IMG/VR virus record: IMGVR_UViG_3300027969_000100
Coordinates: 1 to 63,719 of that record
Strand: one strand, 5' to 3'
Length of the DNA: 63,719 nucleotides
Source of the DNA: a virus
Lineage: Duplodnaviria; Caudoviricetes
The notes under the pieces are model-generated. The model ran no database searches and had not been told where the DNA came from. It worked only from the letters and a program-made list of their open reading frames with translations. A program made the translations under genes and the position numbers. This document shows, one piece after another, positions 41,509 through 51,330 of the stretch; the stretch's first letter is position 1; each line of letters begins with the position of its first letter.

Positions 41509-42384
41509 TTAGTTGTCTGATAGGTCTGTGAATTGGGTAAAGTTATCTGCAATTTGAAGCAGATGATTGGTTGCTAGTAGCAGTAGTATGTTGTAGTCTA
41601 CACACTTGTGCATCATCTCGCTTACTTTACTCACCTTATCCATGTCCCCACTAGATAGTAGGGTTAGGATCGTAGCCAATTGGGCAGCATACTTGTGTTG
41701 CTCCACTCCTAGTGACTCCACTAGGGAGTTTGCTTCGTGATTGAATTTCATTTGCATTTTCTTTTCCATTCTGCTACAATTTTAGTTGCTTCGTATAACG
41801 CATCTGCACATTCACCCATGCCCATGTCCTCGTTGGACATTATCCATTGGTAGATATCCTCCACCAACATCTGCTCTTGCTCCTCACGGATCTCCTTGAG
41901 TCTTTTGATTTCGCTCCTGAGAAAGTCATTCTCTAATCCTTCAATTGTCTTCATTTTTTTTCTAAGTTTAAGTCTTGTGCTATTAAATAAATTGATTCCG
42001 AAATCTGCTCCATAGTCCACGCATTTGTTAACGCCATCTCAAGTATTTTGTAGGCATCCGTGTCGCTACATTCCCAAGATGAAGTTACATCATCTATGTG
42101 CCATAGGTTGCCAGTAAAGAACCCTTGCTCTGCCAAGAATTTTCTTGCGTCATCTGTAGTCATATGCTTATTAGTTTAGGTGTTGTGTATGAATAGAATT
42201 GGTTATCTGGATAGGCATCCAATAGGGCATCGATAAGTGTATCGTTGGTATACTCCTCACCAAACTCACGCTCCCGATTAACTATAGGCTCAATCACTTT
42301 CTTGATTTGAATCTCATTCAAGTCTGTGAGGATCACAAAGTTCTCCTCATCGTAGGCAGTTGTGTTAATTTCAAAGGCTTTCAT
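41509..42384 (-). CDS. Cluster of four small hypothetical early ORFs
   Basis: Tightly packed co-oriented ORFs from the ORF track. Confidence 0.55.
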
Positions 42385-42931
42385 TGTATATTTTAGTTAG
42401 TTCTTTCTTGTCATAAGTAGGTAAGTAGTCATAATCTTCTAGGAATTCCTCGACAGATTGTCCATCCTCAATTGCAGACTCAACATACCATTGAATTTCC
42501 ATCCAGAAATAGTCCACATCAAAATGATATAGTCCCTCCATGTATCCATAATCCTCCTCTGTGTATGTGCCATCTGAGTTGATGTATGTCTTGCCACAGA
42601 AATCCATACTAGACTCGTAGTAATGCATCTCTACTTCTACCCCATACTTCTTAGCTAGGTTAACACCAAACTCAATTGGTGGTGACCATGCAGTGTTGGG
42701 AGTTAGCAACAAGCCACCATCAAATTCTTGTGGCTCACATTCGTAGTAAGATACATCCCACTTTGTACCAAAGTATTCTAGATTAGTATTGTACCAATCC
42801 TCTGCATCTGGTACATCAATTAAAGTTTTGAATAAGTTATTCTCTTGCTTATTCTCAATGGACTCCAAAGCTTGTACAATCTTTGTAACATCTCCGGAAA
42901 TTGTGATTTCATTTGAACACCAGTTAGGCAT
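42371..42931 (-). CDS. YubB/Api92-like ferredoxin-like domain protein (DUF1281-related)
   Basis: MPNWCSN...WYNTN...GTKWDV...TAWSPP signature. Confidence 0.75.
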   Translation of the reverse strand: MPNWCSNEITISGDVTKIVQALESIENKQENNLFKTLIDVPDAEDWYNTNLEYFGTKWDVSYYECEPQEFDGGLLLTPNTAWSPPIEFGVNLAKKYGVEVEMHYYESSMDFCGKTYINSDGTYTEEDYGYMEGLYHFDVDYFWMEIQWYVESAIEDGQSVEEFLEDYDYLPTYDKKELTKIYNESL

Positions 42932-43113
42932 AGCTTTATTTGTTTAATTGATTGATAAACATTCCTGTGATTCTATCTTGTAGACTTAATTCATCTACAT
43001 GGTCTTCATCTAAGTAGGATTGCAATGCATCTTTCATTTTAATCCTCTCACTTTCATTACTAGTATACCAATCGATGAAATTCTCAATAATCATTTGTTT
43101 AATTTCCATGTTA

Positions 43114-43598
43114 TTAATGTGTCATTGCGTATATATAATCCTCATTATTTCTTAATGCATTTCTACATTCATTTTGTAAATCTGAATCCAGAATTTGAAT
43201 ACCTCTGAATGTACCTAGTCTACCACCATATGTTGATATACTTATCAAATTTTTATTTTCTTTAGCATACTCCTGCACATCATCTGTTTGATCCTTGAAT
43301 ACATCGTATGCTCGAATCACTCCAACTTGCCCGTACCTATCTACACTACACTCTCTGTAGTACTCCACTAATTTTTCCCTGATTAAATTTTCCATGATTA
43401 AATGAATCTTATAATTACTTGTCTGTGTATGTCATCAATATTATGGTCATGCTCAAATCTTTTTAGAGACCATATCAATCCATGTGATTCTGCAATATCC
43501 ATGAACTCCGCATCTGATAGTTCAAAGTCTACCAATCTTTGATGTTCAAGTCCATCTAGAATCAAGTCTAGATTAACTCCATATACTTTTGTTTCCAT
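43114..43598 (-). CDS. Two hypothetical early ORFs (43114-43395, 43398-43598)
   Basis: Co-oriented ORFs in the early region. Confidence 0.55.
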
Positions 43599-43748
43599 AG
43601 TCTTAAATTATTTTAGTTCCAATTACTTTTACTCTATCTTGATTCTTGTCCATCCATGACAGCCAATTGTCCATGTGTTTATCATCTTTGAACTCCCTGG
43701 TTTGTGCGAAGGATCTGCCATAGATCCCTCGCATGTAGATTACTGCTT

Positions 43749-44495
43749 TCATATTTCTTCAATGCTTCTGATTACAAATCCACTAGTATCTTTACTAGCT
43801 TGTCCCTTAGCTTTCAATGCCACAATACTATTCGGCATATCCAGAAATCTTAGGTCTGTTTCATCGCCATCGATGACATTCACTTCTCTATTGTTATACA
43901 CTATCTTACCCATCTTTACCAATTGTTCGTGTAACTCCTTAGAGAATACCATTGCGACATTCTTACCCTCGTTTAATACATTCCGAGAGTACTCAATATT
44001 TAACTTGGTCTCTGCCCTAGAGAATGTCAAGTAGTAGTTACCAATGTTATTGGTCAATACTCTACGAGGATTCTTTGTATAGTCATAAAATTGCACATTT
44101 GGAAACGCCTCGAAGATGTTTGAATAGTATCTATCCTCTAATTCTACCTTGATGTTCTCGAATGGTAGGTCTGATGTACCATTCAGTCGGATCACCAGAG
44201 AATTGCCATACTTTTTTTGCAGTTTTACAATCTCTTTGTAGATGTTGACCATGAACTCCTTTCGATTCTCTAAGAATTCCAATGTCTTGTTAATCCTTGC
44301 CGATTGGACATTTGTCATCGCTCCTCTGCCGGCAGTATACAAACAAACTTCTATACATCCATCTGTTGCATCTCCGCAGAGATTCACCTTGCCATTCCCT
44401 TGTTTATGAGGAGCTAGGTACATGATTCCCGTAAAGTAACCTAGCTTTTGTCCCTTACTAGTTTTTGCATCTGCATTTACTGATAGTAGTCCCAT
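43749..44495 (-). CDS. GP88-family protein
   Basis: Start MGLLSVNADAK; Cys cluster NLC...GCIEVCL, IRLNGTSD, QFYDYTK, LTFSR, DGDETDLRFLD. Confidence 0.75.
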   Translation of the reverse strand: MGLLSVNADAKTSKGQKLGYFTGIMYLAPHKQGNGKVNLCGDATDGCIEVCLYTAGRGAMTNVQSARINKTLEFLENRKEFMVNIYKEIVKLQKKYGNSLVIRLNGTSDLPFENIKVELEDRYYSNIFEAFPNVQFYDYTKNPRRVLTNNIGNYYLTFSRAETKLNIEYSRNVLNEGKNVAMVFSKELHEQLVKMGKIVYNNREVNVIDGDETDLRFLDMPNSIVALKAKGQASKDTSGFVIRSIEEI

Positions 44496-44517
44496 AGTTT
44501 TTTTTTTTGGTTTAAGA

Positions 44518-45659
44518 TTATATATTATTTTGTGAGCAAAAGTTATCATAGTATGCGTCCTCGTTTGCTTTGATGTGAGCGAATGTCTGGTTTGCTTCCT
44601 TCCTATCCTTGTATGCTTTCGATGATTCGCAGTATGCTTTGCCATCGTAGTAGATGGTCTCACCTTTGCCAATTACCTTGCCTGTCTCGGCACAAGTACT
44701 TTTGAATCTTGATGTGATAAATCTTCCCATAGTTTTATAGTAGTTTAAGTCCAAGCATATATCCAAGTATAAATATTGGTAGCAATGCCACAATTGTGTA
44801 GATGATTAATCCTAGCGTTCTCATTTTAATAGGTGTTTGATATGTAGAATGATTTCTCCAATTGGATTCCATACATGATGCCGAGTACGATAATTACTGC
44901 CATAATCCCTATGGCAAGTAGTGTTCCTTTTGTGTTGTCTTTCATCCTTTTATTAGTTCAATTGCAAATTCATATGCTTCCTCCCATGTCAATGGATTCC
45001 ATCCATTACCTTCAGCATCCTCATCTGAGTACTCTCCGTTAGGATCATTACGGCATAGCCATTTAATTAATTCTTCTCTGGTGTATTTTTCGAAATCTTC
45101 CATTATTTTGATAGGTTTTGATTTGGTTTATGGTTAAGACCAATCCGTAGATTGGTTTCGACTATTTAAGTCTCGTCAGTTAACCTATAACTAAATTTTT
45201 GTTTATGCCATCGGCATCTGTAGACTCGATTTCGGCTGCTATGTCTAGCCATTTTTGAGCATCCTCTTTTAAAGATTCTACCATATACCAGTAGTCTCTT
45301 TCTTTTGCTACTTCGGCTTTTGCTTTGTAGTGCTTGTAAAGTGCGAAGGCTTCGAATCTTGTGATTTCAACGATGTTTGCTTGAGTTGTCATTTGTTTTT
45401 TGGTTTATGAATAAATAATCTTTTCAATATTAGTAACTTCTCTTTTGGGCAAGTAGTAACATGCATCCAAGTATTGGTCAAATACATTCTCACATTTTCT
45501 ATCCAATTGAATGCCTTTTTTCTCCTCATCATTGTCATATGCTCTGTCTCTCTCACTACTTAATGCATTGTACTTCTCAAGGTATTTTACTGCCTTGTTT
45601 ACCATCCTCTGATTTTTCTTTGTGATTGCTACTATCATTTCTCTTTTTGTTTTGGTCAT
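44518..45659 (-). CDS. First leftward early genes (including 44942-45103, 45180-45392, 45405-45659)
   Basis: Short co-oriented ORFs starting at the divergent non-coding region. Confidence 0.55.
45132..45185 (-). ncRNA. Type I hammerhead ribozyme
   Basis: Minus strand GGUUAA-CUGACGA-GACU-UAAAU-AGUC-GAAA-CCAAUC-UACG-GAUUGG-UC-UUAACC: full core, three perfect stems, GUC cleavage triplet. Confidence 0.9.
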
Positions 45660-46170
45660 AGATATCCACCTCAGCCCTTATGGCTGTTTTTGGCGTTGTG
45701 CTTATTGCATGTACAAAGGATGTTCTTTTCTAGTTCATATCCTAATACTCGTTCAATTTATTTTCAATATTTATTAAACTTTTATGTAAGTGATTGATAA
45801 TCAGCGAGATTAATTTTGTTATTGGTGTTATATATTATTTATCCTTAGAATCTATGGGACTTGGGTAAAGCAAAGTATCCTCTTATCCCTTGTGGATATC
45901 TTGTGGATATCTTTTGTTGACTACGAGTCAAGTTTATCTGGAAGAAAGGTAGCTAGGTAGGTAGCTAGGTAGGGATGCAAGCTAGGGCATAGGAGTTCGT
46001 ATATCCTAGGCACTACTACTTGCAGTGAGCAGATAGGAAAAGCCAAAAAATCCATGGCAAGCCGATTGACTGCCTACCCCCCATGCCGAAAAAAAAATCG
46101 TTTCCGCTTTGGGCCGGCTGTCGTAATTTGGTGGTATTACCCAAACAGTCCTATCATCTAAAGTATTATA
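45660..46170. promoter_or_regulatory. Divergent non-coding control region (candidate origin or genome terminus)
   Basis: AT-rich tract, IHF-consensus match TAAGTGATTGATA at 45787, tandem TTGTGGATATC x2, AGGTAGCT repeats, C6/A9 tracts. Confidence 0.55.
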
Positions 46171-46177
46171 TTTGTGC

Positions 46178-46375
46178 ATGATTGATGGACTAACAATGAA
46201 GAACGGTCGTTTGATAAATGATCGTCCTAACAGCGTAACAGGAATTCAAAAGGCTATCGATATTAAGAGAACCTTGAAGAAAGCAGAGAAGCTTGAGATG
46301 TATTCTGAAGCTGTGTCACTAGGTATTCAGAGAGCAGGCAATGACGATAACATCAGAGGGATGTTCTTGAAGTAG
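46178..46375 (+). CDS. Hypothetical protein
   Basis: ORF directly after TATATTTG and followed by a terminator. Confidence 0.6.
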   Translation: MIDGLTMKNGRLINDRPNSVTGIQKAIDIKRTLKKAEKLEMYSEAVSLGIQRAGNDDNIRGMFLK

Positions 46376-46396
46376 TAGCTTTTTGAGTTTATTTGA

Positions 46397-46425
46397 GAGA
46401 GGGATTTTATGGTCCCTCTTTTTTT
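46397..46425 (+). terminator. Intrinsic terminator
   Basis: AGAGGGA...TCCCTCT followed by a T run. Confidence 0.7.
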
Positions 46426-46476
46426 GTACCCAACATTCCAGATAAACTGTCATGGACTGTACGAAATTATGTCGTG

Positions 46477-46582
46477 TAACTAACTGATATCTAGAGTCCT
46501 GTCGATTATGTTAATTTTTAAAATGAATTGTAGTGAGAAAAATATAAAAGAGAGAGATTAATATATATATATATATAGGGAA
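46477..46582. repeat. Origin-like element, copy 2
   Basis: Same three-part architecture and orientation as 36491-36595. Confidence 0.8.
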
Positions 46583-46655
46583 GAAGAAGTTTGTCATTCA
46601 ATTCGATATTCCATTTTTCATTATCTTTGTCTGAACAAACTAAACAAACAAAAAA

Positions 46656-46946
46656 ATGGAGAAGTTTTTAAGTATCCCAGTAACGAACGAGCAGAGACAA
46701 TTGGTTTCTGCTACAGGTATTGTGTTGATTGAGCAAGAGTCAACAACAGCTGTACATATTCACTACAAGTCAAGCACAGGAACTGATGTTGTGACAATTA
46801 CCCATGCGGCAGCTCCAGCAGGTAGCGAAGTTATGCGTGATGCTATTCAAGACGCTGTTGTCAGAGCATTGGGTACATCATGGACGTATGTAGCATTTGA
46901 GGTTCAAAACCTACCGTTTGCTGTATCAGGTATTACAATTGCTTAA
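46656..46946 (+). CDS. Hypothetical protein (own promoter motif and terminator)
   Basis: 96-aa ORF with A-rich leader. Confidence 0.7.
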   Translation: MEKFLSIPVTNEQRQLVSATGIVLIEQESTTAVHIHYKSSTGTDVVTITHAAAPAGSEVMRDAIQDAVVRALGTSWTYVAFEVQNLPFAVSGITIA

Positions 46947-46967
46947 TATTCCTGAGCTTATTGAAAT

Positions 46968-46996
46968 GGCCATTCTTCGGGATGGCTTTTTTTTTT
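46968..46996 (+). terminator. Intrinsic terminator with UUCG tetraloop
   Basis: GCCATTC-TTCG-GGATGGC followed by T10. Confidence 0.85.
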
Positions 46997-47035
46997 GTAA
47001 AAATTATTTTATAGATTTGGTAAAATTTAATTCAA

Positions 47036-48637
47036 ATGGAACCTAAAGATTTATTTTTAGCCCAGGAGGGCAGACTAAAGTTAATTTCTGGCATCAAGAA
47101 GATTGCCGGAGCGGTCAAGAGTACGTTGGGGCCATATGGCAACACGGTACTAATTGAGAGTCCTAATCACACGCATGGTATTACTGTAACTAAAGATGGG
47201 GTGACTGTCGCTAAGGCTGTTGACCTACTTGACCCTGTGGAGAACCTTGCGGTTAAGATGATGAAGGAGGCGGCTGATAGAACGGCTACTGCTGCTGGTG
47301 ATGGCACTACTACTGCCATAGTGTTGACAGAGGGGTTGGTACTTGGATGGTTGGAGCATATTGGCACTGAGCAGTTAAATAATACTGAGGTGCTACGCAA
47401 CATATCTGAGCTGAGCACTAAGGTGATTGAGGGGTTGAAGAAGAAGAGTAAGAAGGTCACTAACTCAATGCTGCTTGACGTGGCAACTATCTCTGCGAAC
47501 AATGACAGTCACATAGGTCGAATCATTGCTGATGTGTACAAGGAGGTGGGGAAGAATGGCATAGTAACGGTGGAGCGAAGCCAGACTGCTGACACATATG
47601 CTGAGACCACTAGGGGGTTAAAGATTGACAGGGGGTACACAAGCCCACTGTTCATCAACGATCAGAGTAGGGACGAGTGCGTATTTGAGGATGTACTGGT
47701 GCTGGTGGCTGACATTGAGATAAGTAATGTCTTGCAGATTGAGAACGTGTTGAAGCCAATCATACAGGAGGGGAAGAAGCTACTGATCGTATCTCCATGC
47801 CACGTGAACGTGGTGAATACCTTGGCGGCAAACGTGATGAAGAGTAACCTAAAGATGTGCGTGGTTCAACCACCGAGCTTCGGGTACCGACAGCATGAGC
47901 TGATGCAGGACCTGGCGGTGAGTGTTGGGGCCACATACTTCAGTGAGAAGACCGGGGATGACCTGAGTCAGATCACTATTGCTGACCTAGGGCATGCAGC
48001 CAGAGTGGTGGTTGGCAAGGACAAGACCATAATCCTCAAGTCAGACCTCAAGCTCGACACTGCAAAGGTCGAGGAGCGAGTGGCACAGCTATGGCAGGCA
48101 CATAAGATTGCTAAGAAGAAGGTTGACAAGGACCACCTGTTGGAGCGAATCGCCTCCCTTACGGGAGGGATAGGTGTGATATACGTAGGTGGGCAGACTG
48201 ACCTAGAGCAGAAGGAGCTGTACGACCGTGTTGACGATGCGGTGTGTGCGGTACGATCCGCTCTGGAGGAGGGCATACTACCAGGTGCAGGCAAGGCACT
48301 GCTTGACGAGAGTGCTGTGATCAGAAGAGACCTATTATTTAACTTAAGCAAGGAGTACAATGCTGCTGTTGAGATACTATCCAATGCGATGATGGCACCA
48401 TTCCAGCAGATCCTAGCTAACGCTGGCCTCAAGCCAAGTGACGTATACAAGGAGGCGATGCCTGTTGGGCACGGGTACAACCTAAAGACGGGGCAGATGG
48501 GTGACCTAGTACAGATGGGTGTGATTGACCCACTAAAGGTGACACGCAGTGCGTTACAGAACGCTGTGAGTGTAGCGACAACTATATTGAGTACTAACGC
48601 CATCATAACTATGGCACGATCATACGAGACTAGATAA
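47036..48637 (+). CDS. groEL: Chaperonin GroEL (Cpn60)
   Basis: TLGPYG, VTKDGVTVAK, AGDGTTTA, DRGYTSP, GILPGAG, GVIDPLKVTRSALQNAVSVA. Confidence 0.95.
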   Translation: MEPKDLFLAQEGRLKLISGIKKIAGAVKSTLGPYGNTVLIESPNHTHGITVTKDGVTVAKAVDLLDPVENLAVKMMKEAADRTATAAGDGTTTAIVLTEGLVLGWLEHIGTEQLNNTEVLRNISELSTKVIEGLKKKSKKVTNSMLLDVATISANNDSHIGRIIADVYKEVGKNGIVTVERSQTADTYAETTRGLKIDRGYTSPLFINDQSRDECVFEDVLVLVADIEISNVLQIENVLKPIIQEGKKLLIVSPCHVNVVNTLAANVMKSNLKMCVVQPPSFGYRQHELMQDLAVSVGATYFSEKTGDDLSQITIADLGHAARVVVGKDKTIILKSDLKLDTAKVEERVAQLWQAHKIAKKKVDKDHLLERIASLTGGIGVIYVGGQTDLEQKELYDRVDDAVCAVRSALEEGILPGAGKALLDESAVIRRDLLFNLSKEYNAAVEILSNAMMAPFQQILANAGLKPSDVYKEAMPVGHGYNLKTGQMGDLVQMGVIDPLKVTRSALQNAVSVATTILSTNAIITMARSYETR

Positions 48638-48640
48638 GAT

Positions 48641-48874
48641 ATGGAGACAATACTAAACCCATTTGGGCACGGTCAGGTGACAAAAGTCGTTGACGAGAAC
48701 CGTAAGAGTTGGGTAGAATACCTAACTACATCAAAAGTGTTTGATGAGAATGAGTACTACGTGCTGTTCGAGGATGGCCTGCTGGTGAAGAAGGGTCGGT
48801 CTAAGTTCGGTACAAGCCAATACATCAGAGGAGAGCGGTTCAAAAAATTCATAGGGCACTATGAGACTGCTTAA
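48641..48874 (+). CDS. Hypothetical protein
   Basis: ORF directly downstream of groEL. Confidence 0.55.
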   Translation: METILNPFGHGQVTKVVDENRKSWVEYLTTSKVFDENEYYVLFEDGLLVKKGRSKFGTSQYIRGERFKKFIGHYETA

Positions 48875-48957
48875 GAGCTGGGCGATAACCGTGGGTCTAG
48901 CGATAGTGTTCGCATTGCTAGTGATATGGTGGTATGAGACTAGTAAAATAAATTAAG

Positions 48958-49218
48958 ATGGAGGCACCATTTGCAATTAAGGTAGGCGAGGTACTAGAGA
49001 AAATTGAGCGTATGCTCATTGAGAAGAACCGCAAGTACGGCAACTCAGCACTAGAGCCGATTGGTGTGTTCTCTCAGTTGTCCGCAAAAGAAGGACTACT
49101 GATCCGAATCGATGACAAGCTTAAGCGAATCAAGAACGGCAGCCTTGAGAAGGACGATGAGGACGTGGTGAACGACTTGATTGGGTACCTAGTGCTGTTA
49201 AAAATTCATGCAAAATGA
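48958..49218 (+). CDS. DUF1599-like (nucleotide-modification-associated) protein
   Basis: KNRKYGNS...RIDDKLKRI...DVVNDLIGYLVLL. Confidence 0.7.
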   Translation: MEAPFAIKVGEVLEKIERMLIEKNRKYGNSALEPIGVFSQLSAKEGLLIRIDDKLKRIKNGSLEKDDEDVVNDLIGYLVLLKIHAK

Positions 49219-49404
49219 GTGAGATATCATTCATTGTGGTTTACATTATGCGTAAATGTAGTAGATATACTACTATATTACGGCACTCTTTGCCATAAGC
49301 TGCCAAATGTCGACAAAATGGAGACATTTGGAGACTAATGTTGTCGATTTTTGGGACGAATATTTGTAAAATTGTGACAACCAATTCGGATAATTTCCGA
49401 ATTG
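49214..49404. repeat. Array of adjacent, mutually unrelated inverted repeats
   Basis: Six clear and two weak palindromes back to back; see findings. Confidence 0.75.
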
Positions 49405-49490
49405 TACAATAAAAAATGACCCAAGAGCAGATCCTACGGTATGCTACTTGGGTACTTATAGGTTTACATATTGGGAACTTTTGTTAACCT

Positions 49491-50027
49491 TTAGAATAAC
49501 TTTTTGCTTATACCTATCTGGTGAATATTCTGTAGTGGCTGGTACTGGTACTCAAACATGTACTTGTTGTCCAAGTAGGCAACTTTTGCGCCTGGTTGTA
49601 GCAGAGAGTTGACCGATGCGCCTAGATATAATCCTTTGCTCTTCTTTATAATTGTCTTAGTCTCTGTGTTCGTAACCGTATTGGTTACCACAGGGATTTT
49701 AAAATCGTTTGTAACGCTCATTTTAAGTACCTCTCCGAGGACTTCTCCACTAACGTAGGTGTTACCATACTCGAAAGGAGTCGTGGTGCTGAACAAGCTT
49801 ATAGTAGGCTTATATTCTTCTAGAACTGTATCCCTAACAAACTGTGATTTTATCCACATTTTCGGCACATAAACTGTGTCCTTGACCTCGATAATCAAAG
49901 TGTCCGTATTTGTCACGCTTTCAAATTTATAAACCGTTTCTTCTTCAGGCTTTGGCATTATAATAAATGCTAAAATTATTCCTGCTATAAAAGAAATGAT
50001 TGATGTAAGTATTCTCTTGTCTTCCAT
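49491..50027 (-). CDS. N-terminally membrane-anchored protein (possible spanin-like)
   Basis: N-terminal TM, DTL/DTV repeats, beta-rich C-terminus ending in F. Confidence 0.45.
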   Translation of the reverse strand: MEDKRILTSIISFIAGIILAFIIMPKPEEETVYKFESVTNTDTLIIEVKDTVYVPKMWIKSQFVRDTVLEEYKPTISLFSTTTPFEYGNTYVSGEVLGEVLKMSVTNDFKIPVVTNTVTNTETKTIIKKSKGLYLGASVNSLLQPGAKVAYLDNKYMFEYQYQPLQNIHQIGISKKLF

Positions 50028-50248
50028 TATTGTTCGATGTATAAATTGTCTTGCTCTAATATTTTTCTTAACTCTTCACGGCACCATTTATAAGCTTGGT
50101 AAGTCTCATCAGATAATTCTTTGTACTTCATTTCAGAACGAAGCAATTGGTCAAAGTCCCAGATGGCACTTTTGTAATTATGGCCATTTATGGCTGCCTG
50201 GAAGTCTTTGTTATCTTCAGGCAAATCAAATTCTAGTACTGCTTTCAT
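50027..50248 (-). CDS. Hypothetical phage protein
   Basis: MKAVLEFDLPED start; overlaps both neighbours. Confidence 0.6.
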   Translation of the reverse strand: MKAVLEFDLPEDNKDFQAAINGHNYKSAIWDFDQLLRSEMKYKELSDETYQAYKWCREELRKILEQDNLYIEQ

Positions 50249-51126
50249 AGGGGAAATTTACAACTGTCTACTAATAACTCATAATTTCTTACTTCTTTCC
50301 TGTGTGTCTCCTTACCAGATAGGGTAAGTATCCTTCCACCAGTAGGTTTTATAGGGGCTCCTCGCTCAACATGCCAGCCAAAGGCTCCATCTTGGTACTC
50401 TTCCTTATAACTTCCTGTTATAGCTAGGTGAATCTGCTTGTGAACTATCTCATGTACATGCTTGCCAGGGTTAAACTGGATAGTATCACGTACATCGTTA
50501 CGACTAGAGTTCTCATGTATGTGTCCCATGATAAATATGTCCATGTTCTCGTACATCTCTAGGGCTCTTGTCAAGTTTATAGCTCCCTTTGTAACTATTC
50601 CACCCCCACCAGAACCATGGAAGTACTTCAAATTTTTTGACATGTAGGTATTGCTACCTAGATGATGCTTAATGACTAGCCATCCCCCGTATCCACCAGT
50701 ATAAACCTCTGTCTTGTTGGTATAGTTGAGCAAGTCAACGAATCTTTGTAGAGGATCAGTCTCTAGATTCTTAATGATTGCAGTCTCGTGATTGCCATAT
50801 CCAATAACTGTGAGCAGATGTGCGTAAGGAGACCAATAATCTACTGCGTCTTCAATAACAGCGTCTATATAATTTGCTTTATTGTGCTCAGGAAGAATAT
50901 CCTTCTTGTTTCTTCTTGGATCATACTTTCCCTGCATCAAGCAGAAGAAATCACCATTGATTAAGATTGGGATATTGTGTTTTTTGCAGTACTCCAGGTG
51001 ATCTTTTAGTTGATCTCTATCACACTTTGGGTTGTCCCAGTGGATGTCCGATAGTAAAGCTATTTTTGTCTCTGATTTTTCTAGATCAATGACGTGAACA
51101 TTCCTGCTAACCTTTCTTAGATTCAT
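50245..51126 (-). CDS. Calcineurin-like metallophosphoesterase
   Basis: SDIH, NGD, GNHE, FHG, GHIH motifs. Confidence 0.85.
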   Translation of the reverse strand: MNLRKVSRNVHVIDLEKSETKIALLSDIHWDNPKCDRDQLKDHLEYCKKHNIPILINGDFFCLMQGKYDPRRNKKDILPEHNKANYIDAVIEDAVDYWSPYAHLLTVIGYGNHETAIIKNLETDPLQRFVDLLNYTNKTEVYTGGYGGWLVIKHHLGSNTYMSKNLKYFHGSGGGGIVTKGAINLTRALEMYENMDIFIMGHIHENSSRNDVRDTIQFNPGKHVHEIVHKQIHLAITGSYKEEYQDGAFGWHVERGAPIKPTGGRILTLSGKETHRKEVRNYELLVDSCKFPL

Positions 51127-51330
51127 CAGAAGCTTATTTGTTGTCCATAAAGTTACTATTATTTTTTATTTTTCAAATTCGTTTATTATATTGGCAACAC
51201 AAAAATAATATTATGGCACTAAACGAAAGGGATTATCGGAACTTCATAGATGGGCTTCTGATAGGGGTTGTATTCGGTGTAGTTGTTTCTAGTATTTTGT
51301 TTCTGGTCTTTACATAACTATATTTGTAGT

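Noticed and set aside
44496-44672. N-terminal extension of the GP88 ORF through a poly-A tract
   Set aside because: It overlaps another plausible ORF, and the A run looks like the usual A-rich leader before ATG 44495.
47968-48606. Long antisense ORFs (212 aa opposite groEL, and others opposite structural genes)
   Set aside because: Shadow frames of strongly coding genes with no recognisable motifs.
49214-49404. CRISPR array
   Set aside because: The palindromes differ from one another, there is no repeat-spacer periodicity, and no cas genes are present.
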